NCBI GenBank assembly: GCA_963740355.1
Contig: CAVUDW010000002.1
Location: 2,272,001 to 2,336,000, forward strand
DNA from: an uncultured Gemmatimonadaceae bacterium
GTDB lineage: Bacteria > Gemmatimonadota > Gemmatimonadetes > Gemmatimonadales > Gemmatimonadaceae
Reading direction: 5' to 3'
DNA: 64,000 bases
Each line of letters opens with the position of its first letter. The stretch's first letter is position 1. Below, piece after piece: positions 44,865 through 56,876 of the stretch. The notes below the pieces were generated by a model that was given only the letters and a program-made list of their open reading frames with translations, had not been told where the DNA came from and searched no databases. Position numbers and translations under genes: made by a program.

Positions 44865-44909
44865 GCGAAACCCCCGGTTGCTTCATGCAACCGGGGGTTT
44901 CGTGTGTTT
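44865..44909 (+). terminator. rrn intrinsic terminator
   Basis: CGAAACCCCCGGTTGC-TTCAT-GCAACCGGGGGTTTCG then TGTGTTT. Confidence 0.85.
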
Positions 44910-44951
44910 ACTATTTTCCGAACGCCGATCCGCGTTCCCACCTCGAGTACC

Positions 44952-45872
44952 ATGCCCGATCCCACACCGAACGACCCGACCCCGACCAACCCAACACCCC
45001 CTACCACCCGGGCCGGACACGTCGCACTGGTCGGAAAGCCCAATGCCGGAAAATCGACGCTCCTCAATCGACTCCTCGGACTCAAGCTCGCCATCACCAG
45101 CCCCAAACCGCAGTCCACCCGCGTCTCCGCTGTCGGTATCGTCTCGACCGACGACTACCAGATGGTGCTCCTCGACACGCCTGGCCTGCTCGATCCGAGC
45201 TACACGCTCCAACGCAGCATGCTCGCCAGCGCCATCGCCGCCCTCCGTGATGCCGATGTCGCTGTTTATGTGCATGATGCGACGAATGGACCGCCGCCGC
45301 CACTCGAATCGCTGGTGCCACCCGGCACGCCACTCCCGCGCACGCAGCTGACCTGGGCCAACAAGGCCGACCTGCTCAACACGGGCAATCGTGCCAGCCT
45401 CGCCGCACTGCCCAATGTGATCGTCGGCAGCGCCAACGATGGCGACGGCATCGAGGAACTCCTGACACGCGTGGCCGAGCACCTGCCGCTGTCGCCGTTC
45501 CTCTATCCCGCCGACGAGCTGAGCACCCAACCGGTCCGGTTCTTCGCCGCCGAGGCGATCCGCGAATCAGCGTTGGCCATCCTGCACGAAGAGGTGCCCT
45601 ACGGCATCTTCGTCGATATCGAGGAGTTCCGGGAAACCAAGACGCCGATCTATATCCGCGCCGTGGTGTACGTCGAGCGCGACAGCCAGAAGGGCATTGT
45701 GCTCGGCGCCAAGGGCAAGACGATTCGCGAAATTGGGACGGCCGCCCGTGTGCTCATCGAACGCCTCGTGGAAGGGGCGGTGTACCTCGATCTCTGGGTC
45801 AAGGTCATGCCCGACTGGCGCAAGGACGCGGTTGCGCTTCGCCGCTTCGGATTCACCGTCCCGCAGGAGTGA
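44952..45872 (+). CDS. era: GTPase Era
   Basis: GKPNAGKSTL, PQSTR, DTPG, NKAD, HEEVPY, KH domain SQKGIVLGAKG. Confidence 0.96.
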   Translation: MPDPTPNDPTPTNPTPPTTRAGHVALVGKPNAGKSTLLNRLLGLKLAITSPKPQSTRVSAVGIVSTDDYQMVLLDTPGLLDPSYTLQRSMLASAIAALRDADVAVYVHDATNGPPPPLESLVPPGTPLPRTQLTWANKADLLNTGNRASLAALPNVIVGSANDGDGIEELLTRVAEHLPLSPFLYPADELSTQPVRFFAAEAIRESALAILHEEVPYGIFVDIEEFRETKTPIYIRAVVYVERDSQKGIVLGAKGKTIREIGTAARVLIERLVEGAVYLDLWVKVMPDWRKDAVALRRFGFTVPQE

Positions 45873-45892
45873 TCGTGCCGTCTGGAGCCAAC

Positions 45893-46066
45893 ATGCCGAC
45901 ACTTCCATCCGACCTGCTTGCCATTCTGCGATGCCCGAGGTGCAAGGGGCACCTGAGGCTCGTCGAAGGCGATCGGCCATCTCTCGAATGCCCCGTCTGC
46001 CGACTCGGATATGCGATCCGGGACGGCATCCCGATCATGCTGATCGACGAGGCTTCTTCGCTCTGA
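45893..46066 (+). CDS. Trm112/YcaR family protein
   Basis: LLAILRCPRCKG..CPVC..YAIRDGIPIMLIDEA. Confidence 0.9.
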   Translation: MPTLPSDLLAILRCPRCKGHLRLVEGDRPSLECPVCRLGYAIRDGIPIMLIDEASSL

Positions 46067-46109
46067 TCCGCTCGAGCTTGCCTCGGGTCCGCTGGATCGT
46101 CTCTCTCGG

Positions 46110-47105
46110 ATGATGCTGTCTCCCTCTGCGCCGCCCGTCGTCCCGACTCCGATCGGTGTGCTCACGGCCGGGTCGTTGCCGTCCGGCGTCGCGGAGGCCA
46201 TCGCCCGCTGGGCGCTCGAGCAGGGTCATCCCGTGATACATCTCGACGCGTCCGCGTGGGAGAGAGCGACCGTGCGAGCCGCGGCGCCGCTGCTGATCGT
46301 GCTCGGTGTCGACGGTTGCGAGGATGCGATGCGTATGGCCCTTCGCGGCCTGAAAGCGGACTCCGCGACGCACACCGTGCCGGCTCTGGTGGCGGTCGCA
46401 TCGCACAGCGCATCCGCCTGGTTGAATGCGGGCGCGGACGATGTGCTCACGGAGCGGCAGGATCGATGCGAGCTGGAATCGCGCCTCACCGCCGCCATCA
46501 CACGATCCCGTCGCGACGTGCAGGTGAATCCATCCACACGCCTGGCGGGGTCGGACGCAATCACCGACGCGATCGCCGCACGCATGGAGCGTGCTGAGGC
46601 CTTTGCCGCGTGTTACGCGGATCTCGATCACTTCAAGGAATTCAACGATCGCTATGGCTATGCCATGGGTGATGATGTGATACGGACCGTCGCTCGACTG
46701 ATCGTCGAGGTGGTCGATACTACCGCTGGCGAACACGGCTTTGTGGGGCACATTGGAGGCGACGACTTCCTCTTCCTCGTGCCGCTGGAGCAGGCCGCGA
46801 CGGCTTGCGACATGCTGGTCCGACGGGCAGATGAGACGTTGCCGCAGCGATACTCTGCAATTGATCGTCAAGCTGGCTACTTTTTCGGCAAGGATCGCCG
46901 GGGTCGACTTGATCGCGTTCCACTCATGACGCTCTCGATTGGTGTCGTCACCAACGAGCGGCGTCGCTTCACGAGTGCAGCGCAAGTGAGCGAGCTGGCG
47001 ACTGAAATGAAGACGTACGCCAAGACACTGCCCGGTTCCGTCTGGGCGATGGATCGGCGATCGGACGGCGAGTCGGCCTACCCACCCGAGGAGAAGCCTC
47101 AGTGA
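46110..47105 (+). CDS. Diguanylate cyclase with degenerate receiver domain
   Basis: DLDHFKEFNDRYG..GDDVI, GHIGGDDF, SIG; N-terminal REC-like region ending AGADD. Confidence 0.88.
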   Translation: MMLSPSAPPVVPTPIGVLTAGSLPSGVAEAIARWALEQGHPVIHLDASAWERATVRAAAPLLIVLGVDGCEDAMRMALRGLKADSATHTVPALVAVASHSASAWLNAGADDVLTERQDRCELESRLTAAITRSRRDVQVNPSTRLAGSDAITDAIAARMERAEAFAACYADLDHFKEFNDRYGYAMGDDVIRTVARLIVEVVDTTAGEHGFVGHIGGDDFLFLVPLEQAATACDMLVRRADETLPQRYSAIDRQAGYFFGKDRRGRLDRVPLMTLSIGVVTNERRRFTSAAQVSELATEMKTYAKTLPGSVWAMDRRSDGESAYPPEEKPQ

Positions 47106-47800
47106 ACGTGACGTGTCAGGACTGTCGGTCTGTATTCCGTGTGGACCCTGCAAAGGTGCCACCGAACGGCGTCAGGGCGCGGTGCAGCGTCTGCGGTGCA
47201 ATCCTCAGGATCACGGTCGGGGCTACGACGCCGCTGACGAATCCGGCCATGACGCCACGCGCGGTCACGCCGGTTCGCACGCCGGCGGTGGCGGCGTCGA
47301 CGCCGGCCAGCATTCCAGGGATTCGGCGCACGACGCCGCTCCCGAGTGAAATGGCGGAGGTCGGCACGCCGTACCCCTCGCGGCCGACGCCCTCGGTGTC
47401 GACGGCGGGCATGGCGTCCGCGCGGCCGCTGGTGCCACCGCCACCGCCGTCGCCGGGTCAGCTCGTGAATTCGCCCCCCCCGGTGCCATCGGTGGCGCTG
47501 CCGACGCCTGCGCCAAGCGGTGACCCATCGAAGCGCGTCATCAATCCGTTCCTGCGCAGCGACCCGATGACACGCGCCAAGCGCCTCGCACGCGCGCTGG
47601 TGTCCGACATGGTGGCCTATCAGCCGCAGAAGCGTGCCGAGGGCCTGGCGAACGGGACGCTGAAGCAGCTGTTCCGCGACGAGATCCGGAAGAGCTACGA
47701 CGAGTACGTGGAGCAGGTGGGGCGCGATGTCGCTGAGTCGACCGCGTTCTTCCAGGACGCGTTGAACGAAGTGCTGGCTGAGGGGAAACGCGTCTTCTGA
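47102..47800 (+). CDS. MJ0042-type zinc-ribbon protein with Pro-rich linker and RomX-like C-terminal helical domain
   Basis: CQDC..FRV..CSVC; C-terminal AKRLARALVSD..Y..FFQDALNEVL. Confidence 0.75.
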   Translation: MNVTCQDCRSVFRVDPAKVPPNGVRARCSVCGAILRITVGATTPLTNPAMTPRAVTPVRTPAVAASTPASIPGIRRTTPLPSEMAEVGTPYPSRPTPSVSTAGMASARPLVPPPPPSPGQLVNSPPPVPSVALPTPAPSGDPSKRVINPFLRSDPMTRAKRLARALVSDMVAYQPQKRAEGLANGTLKQLFRDEIRKSYDEYVEQVGRDVAESTAFFQDALNEVLAEGKRVF

Positions 47801-47864
47801 GTCGTGCAGGCATGGAGAACCCGTGCCGGTCCGGCTAACTTTGACGCTTGCGCAGCCGCGCGCC

Positions 47865-47904
47865 GAGCCGTCCTCCCGACCTCGGGGGGACGGCTCCCGT
47901 TTTT
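47865..47904 (+). terminator. Hairpin with T-tract directly upstream of prfB (terminator/attenuator-like)
   Basis: GAGCCGTCCTCCCGA-CC-TCGGGGGGACGGCTC then CCGTTTTT. Confidence 0.55.
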
Positions 47905-47925
47905 CTCATGGCTCCATCGACGCTC

Positions 47926-49042
47926 ATGGCTGATCTCGCCCAGTTGACGACCCAACTCACCACGGATGCTGAGCGGCTCGACGAGTTGCGGAGGTATCTT
48001 TGACCTCGAGAGCCAGCGGGAACGCCTGACGGCGCTGGAAGCGCAGATGGCCGAGCCAAGCTTCTGGAATGATCAGGAGCGTGCGCAGGTCGTGGTGCAG
48101 CAGGTGAAGACGTACAAGCAGTGGGTCGAGCCCTTCGATCGCCTCGTGCGCGGCGTGTCCGATGCACGCGAACTCGTGGAGCTGCTCGAGGTCGAGCCCG
48201 ACGCCACCATGGAGGCTGAGCTGGTTCGCGACGCCGATGCAGTGCGCGAACAGATCGCCGCCTATGAATTGCGCTCATTGCTCCGCGGCCCGGACGACTT
48301 TCGCGCTGCGCAGCTCGAGATTTCCGCTGGCGCCGGTGGTACCGAAGCGCAGGACTGGGCGCAGATGCTCATGCGCATGTACACGCGCTGGGCCGAACGA
48401 AAGGGCTATAGCATCGAGATTCTCGATCTGAGCGAAGGCGAAGAAGCCGGGATCAAGGGCGCCGTGCTCGAGATCACCGGTGAATACGCCTACGGGTTCT
48501 TGCGTCCCGAGGCGGGCGTGCATCGCCTGGTGCGCATCTCGCCATTCGATTCACAGGCGCGCCGGCATACGAGCTTTGCCTCGGTGTTCGTGTATCCGGT
48601 GGTGAATGAGGAGATCAACATCGAGATTCGCGATGAAGATCTCCGGATCGACGTCTATCGCGCATCTGGTGCTGGTGGCCAGCACGTCAACAAGACGTCG
48701 TCGGCCGTTCGCATCACGCACCTTCCCAGCGGCGTCGTGACGGCCTCGCAGGCGGAGCGCTCGCAGTTCAAGAACAAGGCGACCGCGATGAAGCAGCTGA
48801 AGAATCGGCTCTACCAGATCGAGGCCGACAAGCAGACGGCCGCCAAGGCGGCGCTCGACGCCGGCAAGGCCGACGTGTCGTTCGGCAGCCAGATCCGCAG
48901 CTACGTGTTCCAGCCGTACACGATGGTGAACGATCATCGCACGGAATTGAAGATCGCCGATGTGGCGAAGGTGATGGATGGCGCCATCGATCCATTCATC
49001 GAGGCATACCTGAAGCAGCAGGGCGAGCCAGCGCAGAAGTAG
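47926..49042 (+). CDS. prfB: Peptide chain release factor 2 with programmed +1 frameshift
   Basis: ORF1 MADLAQ..RRYL (47926-48000), GGAGG-TAT-CTT-TGA-C site, ORF2 from 48002 with SPF and GGQ motifs. Confidence 0.97.
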
Positions 49043-49129
49043 GCTGCTGCACTGGCTGGACCATTACTGCGGTGGCACGCGAAGTCGATCTGCCAACAAA
49101 TCTTTCGTGATTTCTCGGGACCCAACGAC

Positions 49130-50626
49130 GTGAACAACGAAGAACTCAGCCAGGTGCTCCTCGATCGCCGCGCCTCGCTCGACCGACTGGTCTCGAGCGG
49201 CGTCGCGCCGTTCGCCTACGCCTACGATCGTACGCACCTGTCCGCAGACGCCCGCGAGTTGTTGCCCGACGGCAGCGACACCGGACCCGCCGTGCGCGTG
49301 GCAGGGCGCCTCGTGTCGTTGCGCTCCAAGGGCAAGACTGCGTTCGCGCACGTCAGCGACGCCAGCGGCAAGTTGCAGGCGTACTTCCGCAAGGATGACA
49401 TGGCGCCGGAGCAGTGGGCCGTGTTCGAGGAACTGCACCTCGGCGACATCGTCGGTGTGGCCGGCACATTGATGCGCACGCGAACCGGTGAGGTCACGGT
49501 GCAATGCACCGAGTTGACGCTGCTGGCGAAGACGCTGCGCCCGCTGCCGTTCGCGAAGGAGCAGGTCGTCGATGGTGAGGTGAAGCGATACTCGGGCTTT
49601 GCCGATCCGGAGCAGCGGTATCGCCAGCGGTATGCCGATCTTGCGGTGCATCCGGAAGTGCGCGCGAACTTTTACGCGCGTGCGCGCATGACGTCGGCGA
49701 TTCGTCGGTTCCTCGACGGGCTGGGCTACCTGGAGGTCGAGACGCCGGTGCTGCAGCCGCTCTATGGCGGGGCCGCGGCGCGTCCCTTCACGACGCACCA
49801 CAACGCCCTCGACATGCCGCTGTACCTGCGCATTGCCGACGAACTGTATCTCAAGCGACTGATCGTTGGCGGCTTTGATCGCGTGTATGAAATCGGGCAC
49901 GACTTCCGCAATGAAGGCATCGACCGGACGCACAACCCGGAGTTCACGATGCTCGAGTTCTACGAGTCGTACGCGGACTACAGCGTGATGATGGATCGCG
50001 TCGAGCAGCTGATCGTGGCCGCCGCGGACGCGGTGCGGAGCACGCCTGGTATCGACGCTGATTCGGTGCCGGCGTTCACGACGCCGTTCCGGCGCATCGA
50101 GTGGGTGCCGTCACTGAGTGCAGGGCTCGGCCGCGACGTGCTGGCGATGACGGATGGAGAGCTGGTCGAGGCGGCGAAGGGCCTCGGCGTCGAGAAGCCG
50201 CAGACGCTCAGCCGCCCGAAGCTGATGGACGAGCTCTTCCAGGCACTGGTCGAGCGCACGATCACCACGCCGACGTTCGTCCTCGACTATCCCGTCGAGT
50301 TGTCGCCGCTGGCGAAACCGAAGCGCGGCAACCCGGCACTCACGGAACGATTCGAGCTGTTCGCGGACGGCCGCGAGATGGCGAACGCGTTCTCCGAGCT
50401 CAACGACCCCATCGACCAACGCCAGCGGTTCGAAGCGCAGGCGCGCCTCAAGGCGGCCGGTGACGATGAAGCGACCGGCGTCGACGAGGACTACCTGCGT
50501 GCGATGGAGTACGGCATGCCGCCCACTGGCGGCGTCGGCATCGGGATCGATCGATTGCTGATGTACCTGACCGGCACACAGCATATCCGCGACGTGATCC
50601 TGTTCCCCGCGATGCGCCCCGAATGA
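49130..50626 (+). CDS. lysS: Lysine--tRNA ligase (class II)
   Basis: RYRQRYADL, GGAAARPF, YLKRLIVGG, FRNEG, HNPEFT, YGMPPTGG. Confidence 0.97.
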   Translation: MNNEELSQVLLDRRASLDRLVSSGVAPFAYAYDRTHLSADARELLPDGSDTGPAVRVAGRLVSLRSKGKTAFAHVSDASGKLQAYFRKDDMAPEQWAVFEELHLGDIVGVAGTLMRTRTGEVTVQCTELTLLAKTLRPLPFAKEQVVDGEVKRYSGFADPEQRYRQRYADLAVHPEVRANFYARARMTSAIRRFLDGLGYLEVETPVLQPLYGGAAARPFTTHHNALDMPLYLRIADELYLKRLIVGGFDRVYEIGHDFRNEGIDRTHNPEFTMLEFYESYADYSVMMDRVEQLIVAAADAVRSTPGIDADSVPAFTTPFRRIEWVPSLSAGLGRDVLAMTDGELVEAAKGLGVEKPQTLSRPKLMDELFQALVERTITTPTFVLDYPVELSPLAKPKRGNPALTERFELFADGREMANAFSELNDPIDQRQRFEAQARLKAAGDDEATGVDEDYLRAMEYGMPPTGGVGIGIDRLLMYLTGTQHIRDVILFPAMRPE

Positions 50627-51876
50627 CGCGACTCGAGGTTGCCATCGCGTGGCGCTACCTGCGCAGCCGCCGCGGATCGCAGCTGCTGAGCCTCATCAGC
50701 GTGATCGCGATGGGTGGCGTGGTGGTAGGCGTGAGCGCGTTGATCCTCGTGTTGGGCGTGATGAATGGGCTGCAGAAGGACTTGCGCGACAAGATCCTCA
50801 TCGGCAGCCCGGACCTGCGTGTGCTCACGGTCGGTGATGACCTGACCATGACGGATTGGGAAGCGACGCTGAAAAAGGTGCGCGCCCAGGCCGGTGTGGT
50901 GTCTGCGCAGCCGTTCGTGCTCAAGGACGCGATCATCACCAAGGGCAACGATTACGCCGAGCCAGTGAAAGTCGTCGGGCTGCCGGCTGCAGTGCCGGGG
51001 TCGCCCGATGTGACGCAGATTCGCAAGTTCGCACGCAGTGGTGACTTCACGTTCAAGGTCAGTGATGACTCCTCACGCGGTATCGTGATCGGGCAGCGCC
51101 TCGCTGAACGGCTGAATGCGTGGCCAGGTCAGACGCTGGTGTTGCTCACGATCCCCGGCAGGCTTCAGCTGTCGAATGCCATGGGTGGATTCGTACCGGT
51201 CGTGCGGAAGTACGTCGTGACCGGCGTCTTCGAGACGGGCATGTACGAGTACGACAGTGGCTATGCCTACATGGAGCTCTCGTCCGCTCAGGACCTGGCG
51301 GGCCTCGGCGCGCGGGTGACGGGCATCGATGTTCGAACGCCTGATCGGTACCAGGCGCCGGTGGTCGCGCAGCAGCTGGCGACCATGCTCGGTTTCCCAT
51401 ACCGCACCATCGACTGGCAGGAACAGAATCGCTCGTTGTTCCAGGCGCTCAAGCTGGAGAAGCTCGCGATGGGTGTGATCCTGCTCCTGATCGTCCTCGT
51501 CGCCGCGTTCAACATCGTGAGCACGCTGACGATGGTGGTGACGGACAAGACGCGCGAGATCGGGATCCTGAAGGCGATGGGCATGCCGTCGGCCACGATT
51601 CGCCGCATCTTTCTCTGGCAGGGTGCCGCCATCGGATTGGTTGGCACTGGGCTCGGCGTGGCACTGGGCCTGCTGGGCGCGCTCGCACTGACACGTTTCC
51701 GATTGATCGAACTGGATCCGTCGGTGTATTTCATCGATCGACTGCCGATCCAGATCGCGCCGTGGGATGTCTTCTGGATCGTGGTCGCGAGCCTCAGCAT
51801 CGCGATGCTCGCAACGCTCTGGCCTGCGCGACAGGCGTCACGGCTCTTCCCGGTGGAGGCGATACGACATGAGTGA
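50623..51876 (+). CDS. lolE: Lipoprotein-releasing ABC transporter permease LolC/E
   Basis: IAWRYLRS, VMNG, VAAFNIVSTL, KTREIGILKAMG, PVEAIRHE. Confidence 0.9.
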   Translation: MTRLEVAIAWRYLRSRRGSQLLSLISVIAMGGVVVGVSALILVLGVMNGLQKDLRDKILIGSPDLRVLTVGDDLTMTDWEATLKKVRAQAGVVSAQPFVLKDAIITKGNDYAEPVKVVGLPAAVPGSPDVTQIRKFARSGDFTFKVSDDSSRGIVIGQRLAERLNAWPGQTLVLLTIPGRLQLSNAMGGFVPVVRKYVVTGVFETGMYEYDSGYAYMELSSAQDLAGLGARVTGIDVRTPDRYQAPVVAQQLATMLGFPYRTIDWQEQNRSLFQALKLEKLAMGVILLLIVLVAAFNIVSTLTMVVTDKTREIGILKAMGMPSATIRRIFLWQGAAIGLVGTGLGVALGLLGALALTRFRLIELDPSVYFIDRLPIQIAPWDVFWIVVASLSIAMLATLWPARQASRLFPVEAIRHE

Positions 51877-52666
51877 CGCCTTCGATGCTGATGGGCTGGT
51901 AGTGGACACCGGGACACCCGCGGTCACGATCCCCGTGCAGGGCACGCCGGTGGCGGTGACCGGCGCTCCAGTGCTCGAGGCGATCGACGTGGTGAAGGAG
52001 TACACCAGCGGCGATGGCTCCAAGCTGCGCATTCTGGATGGTGCATCGCTCACGATCCATCGTGGCGAGATGGTGGCGATCATCGGGGAAAGTGGCGCGG
52101 GCAAGAGTACGCTGCTGCACATTCTCGGTGCGCTCGACCAGCCGTCATCTGGCGAGGTGCGCATCGCCGGCAAGGCGGTGCCACGCGCGAGCGAGGAAGG
52201 CCTGGCTGAAGTGCGGAATCGCTCGATCGGCTTCGTTTTCCAGTTTCATCACCTGCTGCGCGAATTTACGGCGCTCGAGAATGTGATGATGCCGCTCATG
52301 ATCGCCGGCAGTCGGCCATCTGCGGTGCGGGGACGTGCGCTCGAGTTGCTCGGCGCCGTTGGACTGGCGGCACGTGCAGATCATCTGCCGTCGCAGCTCT
52401 CCGGTGGTGAGCAGCAGCGCGTGGCAGTCGCGCGGGCGCTGGCGCCGAATCCGGCACTGTTGCTGGCCGATGAACCGTCGGGGAATCTCGATCGTGGGAA
52501 CGCGTTGCGCATGCACGAGCTTTTTTCCACACTGGCCTCGACGCATGGTGTAGGTGTGGTGGTCGTGACGCACAACCGCGCGCTTGCTGCGCGCGCGAAT
52601 CGAGTGCTCCTTCTGGATGGTGGACGTGTGGTCGAGTCGTCAGCGATGGCGGAGGAGGTGGGCTGA
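51869..52666 (+). CDS. lolD: Lipoprotein-releasing ABC transporter ATPase
   Basis: GESGAGKST, GFVFQFHHLL, LSGGEQQR, ADEPSGNLD. Confidence 0.93.
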   Translation: MSDAFDADGLVVDTGTPAVTIPVQGTPVAVTGAPVLEAIDVVKEYTSGDGSKLRILDGASLTIHRGEMVAIIGESGAGKSTLLHILGALDQPSSGEVRIAGKAVPRASEEGLAEVRNRSIGFVFQFHHLLREFTALENVMMPLMIAGSRPSAVRGRALELLGAVGLAARADHLPSQLSGGEQQRVAVARALAPNPALLLADEPSGNLDRGNALRMHELFSTLASTHGVGVVVVTHNRALAARANRVLLLDGGRVVESSAMAEEVG

Positions 52667-53154
52667 TGGTCTGCGATTCATGCCGTGAGCGAGATGCGGT
52701 CGTGCACCTGACGCAGGTGGTCGATGGTGCCGTCACGCAGGTGCACCTGTGCGAGAAGTGCGCGGCTGACAAGGGCGTCGAGACCACCGTGGCGGCACCG
52801 AAGACGCCGCTCACCTCGTTGCTGCAGACGGTTCAGCAGCAGCTCGCCACCGGACAGTCGGACCAGACCCGCTGCTCGTTCTGCCAGGCGACGTACAAGG
52901 ACTTCCGCGCCTCGGGCCGGCTCGGTTGCGCGCGATGCTACAGCGCGTTCGAGCCCCAGCTGCGCGACCTGCTGCAGCGTGTCCACGGGGCCACGCGACA
53001 CACCGGTCGCCAGTACGGTCCGCCGGCGCCGGACCAGTTGCAGAGAGCGTCCACCGTGCTCGAGCTGCGCGAGCAGCTGCGGCGGGCCATCGAGCTGGAG
53101 CAGTTCGAGCAGGCGGCGCGGCTCCGGGACCAGCTGAAGGAGGTGGCCGAATGA
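52666..53154 (+). CDS. mcsA: McsA-like activator (CXXC motifs + UVR domain)
   Basis: Four CXXC motifs, GRLGCARCY, C-terminal EQFEQAARLRD. Confidence 0.9.
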   Translation: MVCDSCRERDAVVHLTQVVDGAVTQVHLCEKCAADKGVETTVAAPKTPLTSLLQTVQQQLATGQSDQTRCSFCQATYKDFRASGRLGCARCYSAFEPQLRDLLQRVHGATRHTGRQYGPPAPDQLQRASTVLELREQLRRAIELEQFEQAARLRDQLKEVAE

Positions 53155-54236
53155 TCGACTTTTCCTTGTTGCCGGATGGCGGGACGCGCTGGCTCGACGG
53201 TTCGGGCGAACATCCGGAGGTCGTCCTCTCGACCCGGGTACGCCTCGCCCGCAATGTCGAGGGCTTTGCCTTCACGACGCGAGCCAGGGACGGCGAGCGG
53301 CTCCGCGTGCTGGGGCAGCTCCGCGATGCCATGCCGAAGGTCGGCTCGCTCCGCGGCGGTGTCATCCTTCGCGTGGATGAGCTGGCCACGCCCGACCGTC
53401 AGCTGCTGCACGAGCGACACCTCGTGAGCAAGGAGCTGGCAGGTCTCGACGGCTCGCTCGCCGTTCGGACAGGTGCGGCACTGGTGCTGGCCGACGACGT
53501 TAGTGTGATGGTCAACGAGGAGGATCACCTGCGGTTGCAGGCGATGCGTTCCGGATTTGACCCGCTCGGGGCCTTTGGGGCCGCCACGGCGCTAGATGAT
53601 GAGCTCGGTAAGTACGTGCCGTACGCCTGGCATGGTGAGTTCGGCTTTTTGACCGCGTGCCCGACCAACACCGGGACGGGGTTGCGGGCGTCGGTACTCA
53701 TTCACCTGCCGGGGCTGGTACTGACGAAGGAGATTTCGAAGGTGCTGGCGGGGCTCCAGCAGATGGGGCTGACCTATCGGGGTTTGTACGGCGAGGGTAG
53801 TGAGGTGGTTGGGAACTACTTCCAGATCAGCAACCAGACGACACTCGGGAAGAGTGAGGTCGAGTTGCTGGATCAGCTGTCGCGCGTCGTGCGCCATGTA
53901 GTGGAGCGCGAAGAGGAAGCTCGGCATGTACTGCTGCGTGATGCCGGGTATATCATTGAAGACAAGCTGTGGCGGGCGTACGGGACGTTGCGGTATGCAC
54001 GGAGTCTGACGTTCGACGAGGCCATGAACTACCTCAGTGGTGTCCGGCTCGCGCTGAGCCTGAAACTCCTGAGTTCACCGAGTGTCTATACGCTCAACAA
54101 GCTCCTGATTCATTGCCAGGCGGCACATGTGGCCCAGTACGATGGACGGGCGACATTGTCGGATGGTGATGCCAGCGTGGCGCGTGCACGGTTTGTCCGG
54201 GATGCACTCGCTGCCGACGTAGGATCGCACGGATGA
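53151..54236 (+). CDS. mcsB: Protein arginine kinase McsB
   Basis: STRVRLARN, VMVNEEDHLR, LTACPTNTGTG, RGLYGEG, QISNQ. Confidence 0.93.
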   Translation: MIDFSLLPDGGTRWLDGSGEHPEVVLSTRVRLARNVEGFAFTTRARDGERLRVLGQLRDAMPKVGSLRGGVILRVDELATPDRQLLHERHLVSKELAGLDGSLAVRTGAALVLADDVSVMVNEEDHLRLQAMRSGFDPLGAFGAATALDDELGKYVPYAWHGEFGFLTACPTNTGTGLRASVLIHLPGLVLTKEISKVLAGLQQMGLTYRGLYGEGSEVVGNYFQISNQTTLGKSEVELLDQLSRVVRHVVEREEEARHVLLRDAGYIIEDKLWRAYGTLRYARSLTFDEAMNYLSGVRLALSLKLLSSPSVYTLNKLLIHCQAAHVAQYDGRATLSDGDASVARARFVRDALAADVGSHG

Positions 54237-54267
54237 TCGGCCACCGACTGCCGAACCAGAGGTCAGC

Positions 54268-56781
<2,514 letters not shown>

Positions 56782-56819
56782 CAGGCGGCGGTGCCCTCCG
56801 GAACGGGCGTTCCGTGAAA

Positions 56820-56854
56820 CAGCCGGTCGGGTCGCGGGTAGACCCGACCGGCTG
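56820..56854. other. Perfect 14-bp inverted repeat between clpC and bamA
   Basis: CAGCCGGTCGGGTC-GCGGGTA-GACCCGACCGGCTG; no T-tract on either strand. Confidence 0.7.
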
Positions 56855-56876
56855 ACCCGTTACATTTTCCAAGCTT

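Noticed and set aside
46620..46770. Hypr-type (3',3'-cGAMP) GGDEF
   Set aside because: The specificity position is Asp (GDDVI), not Ser/Thr.
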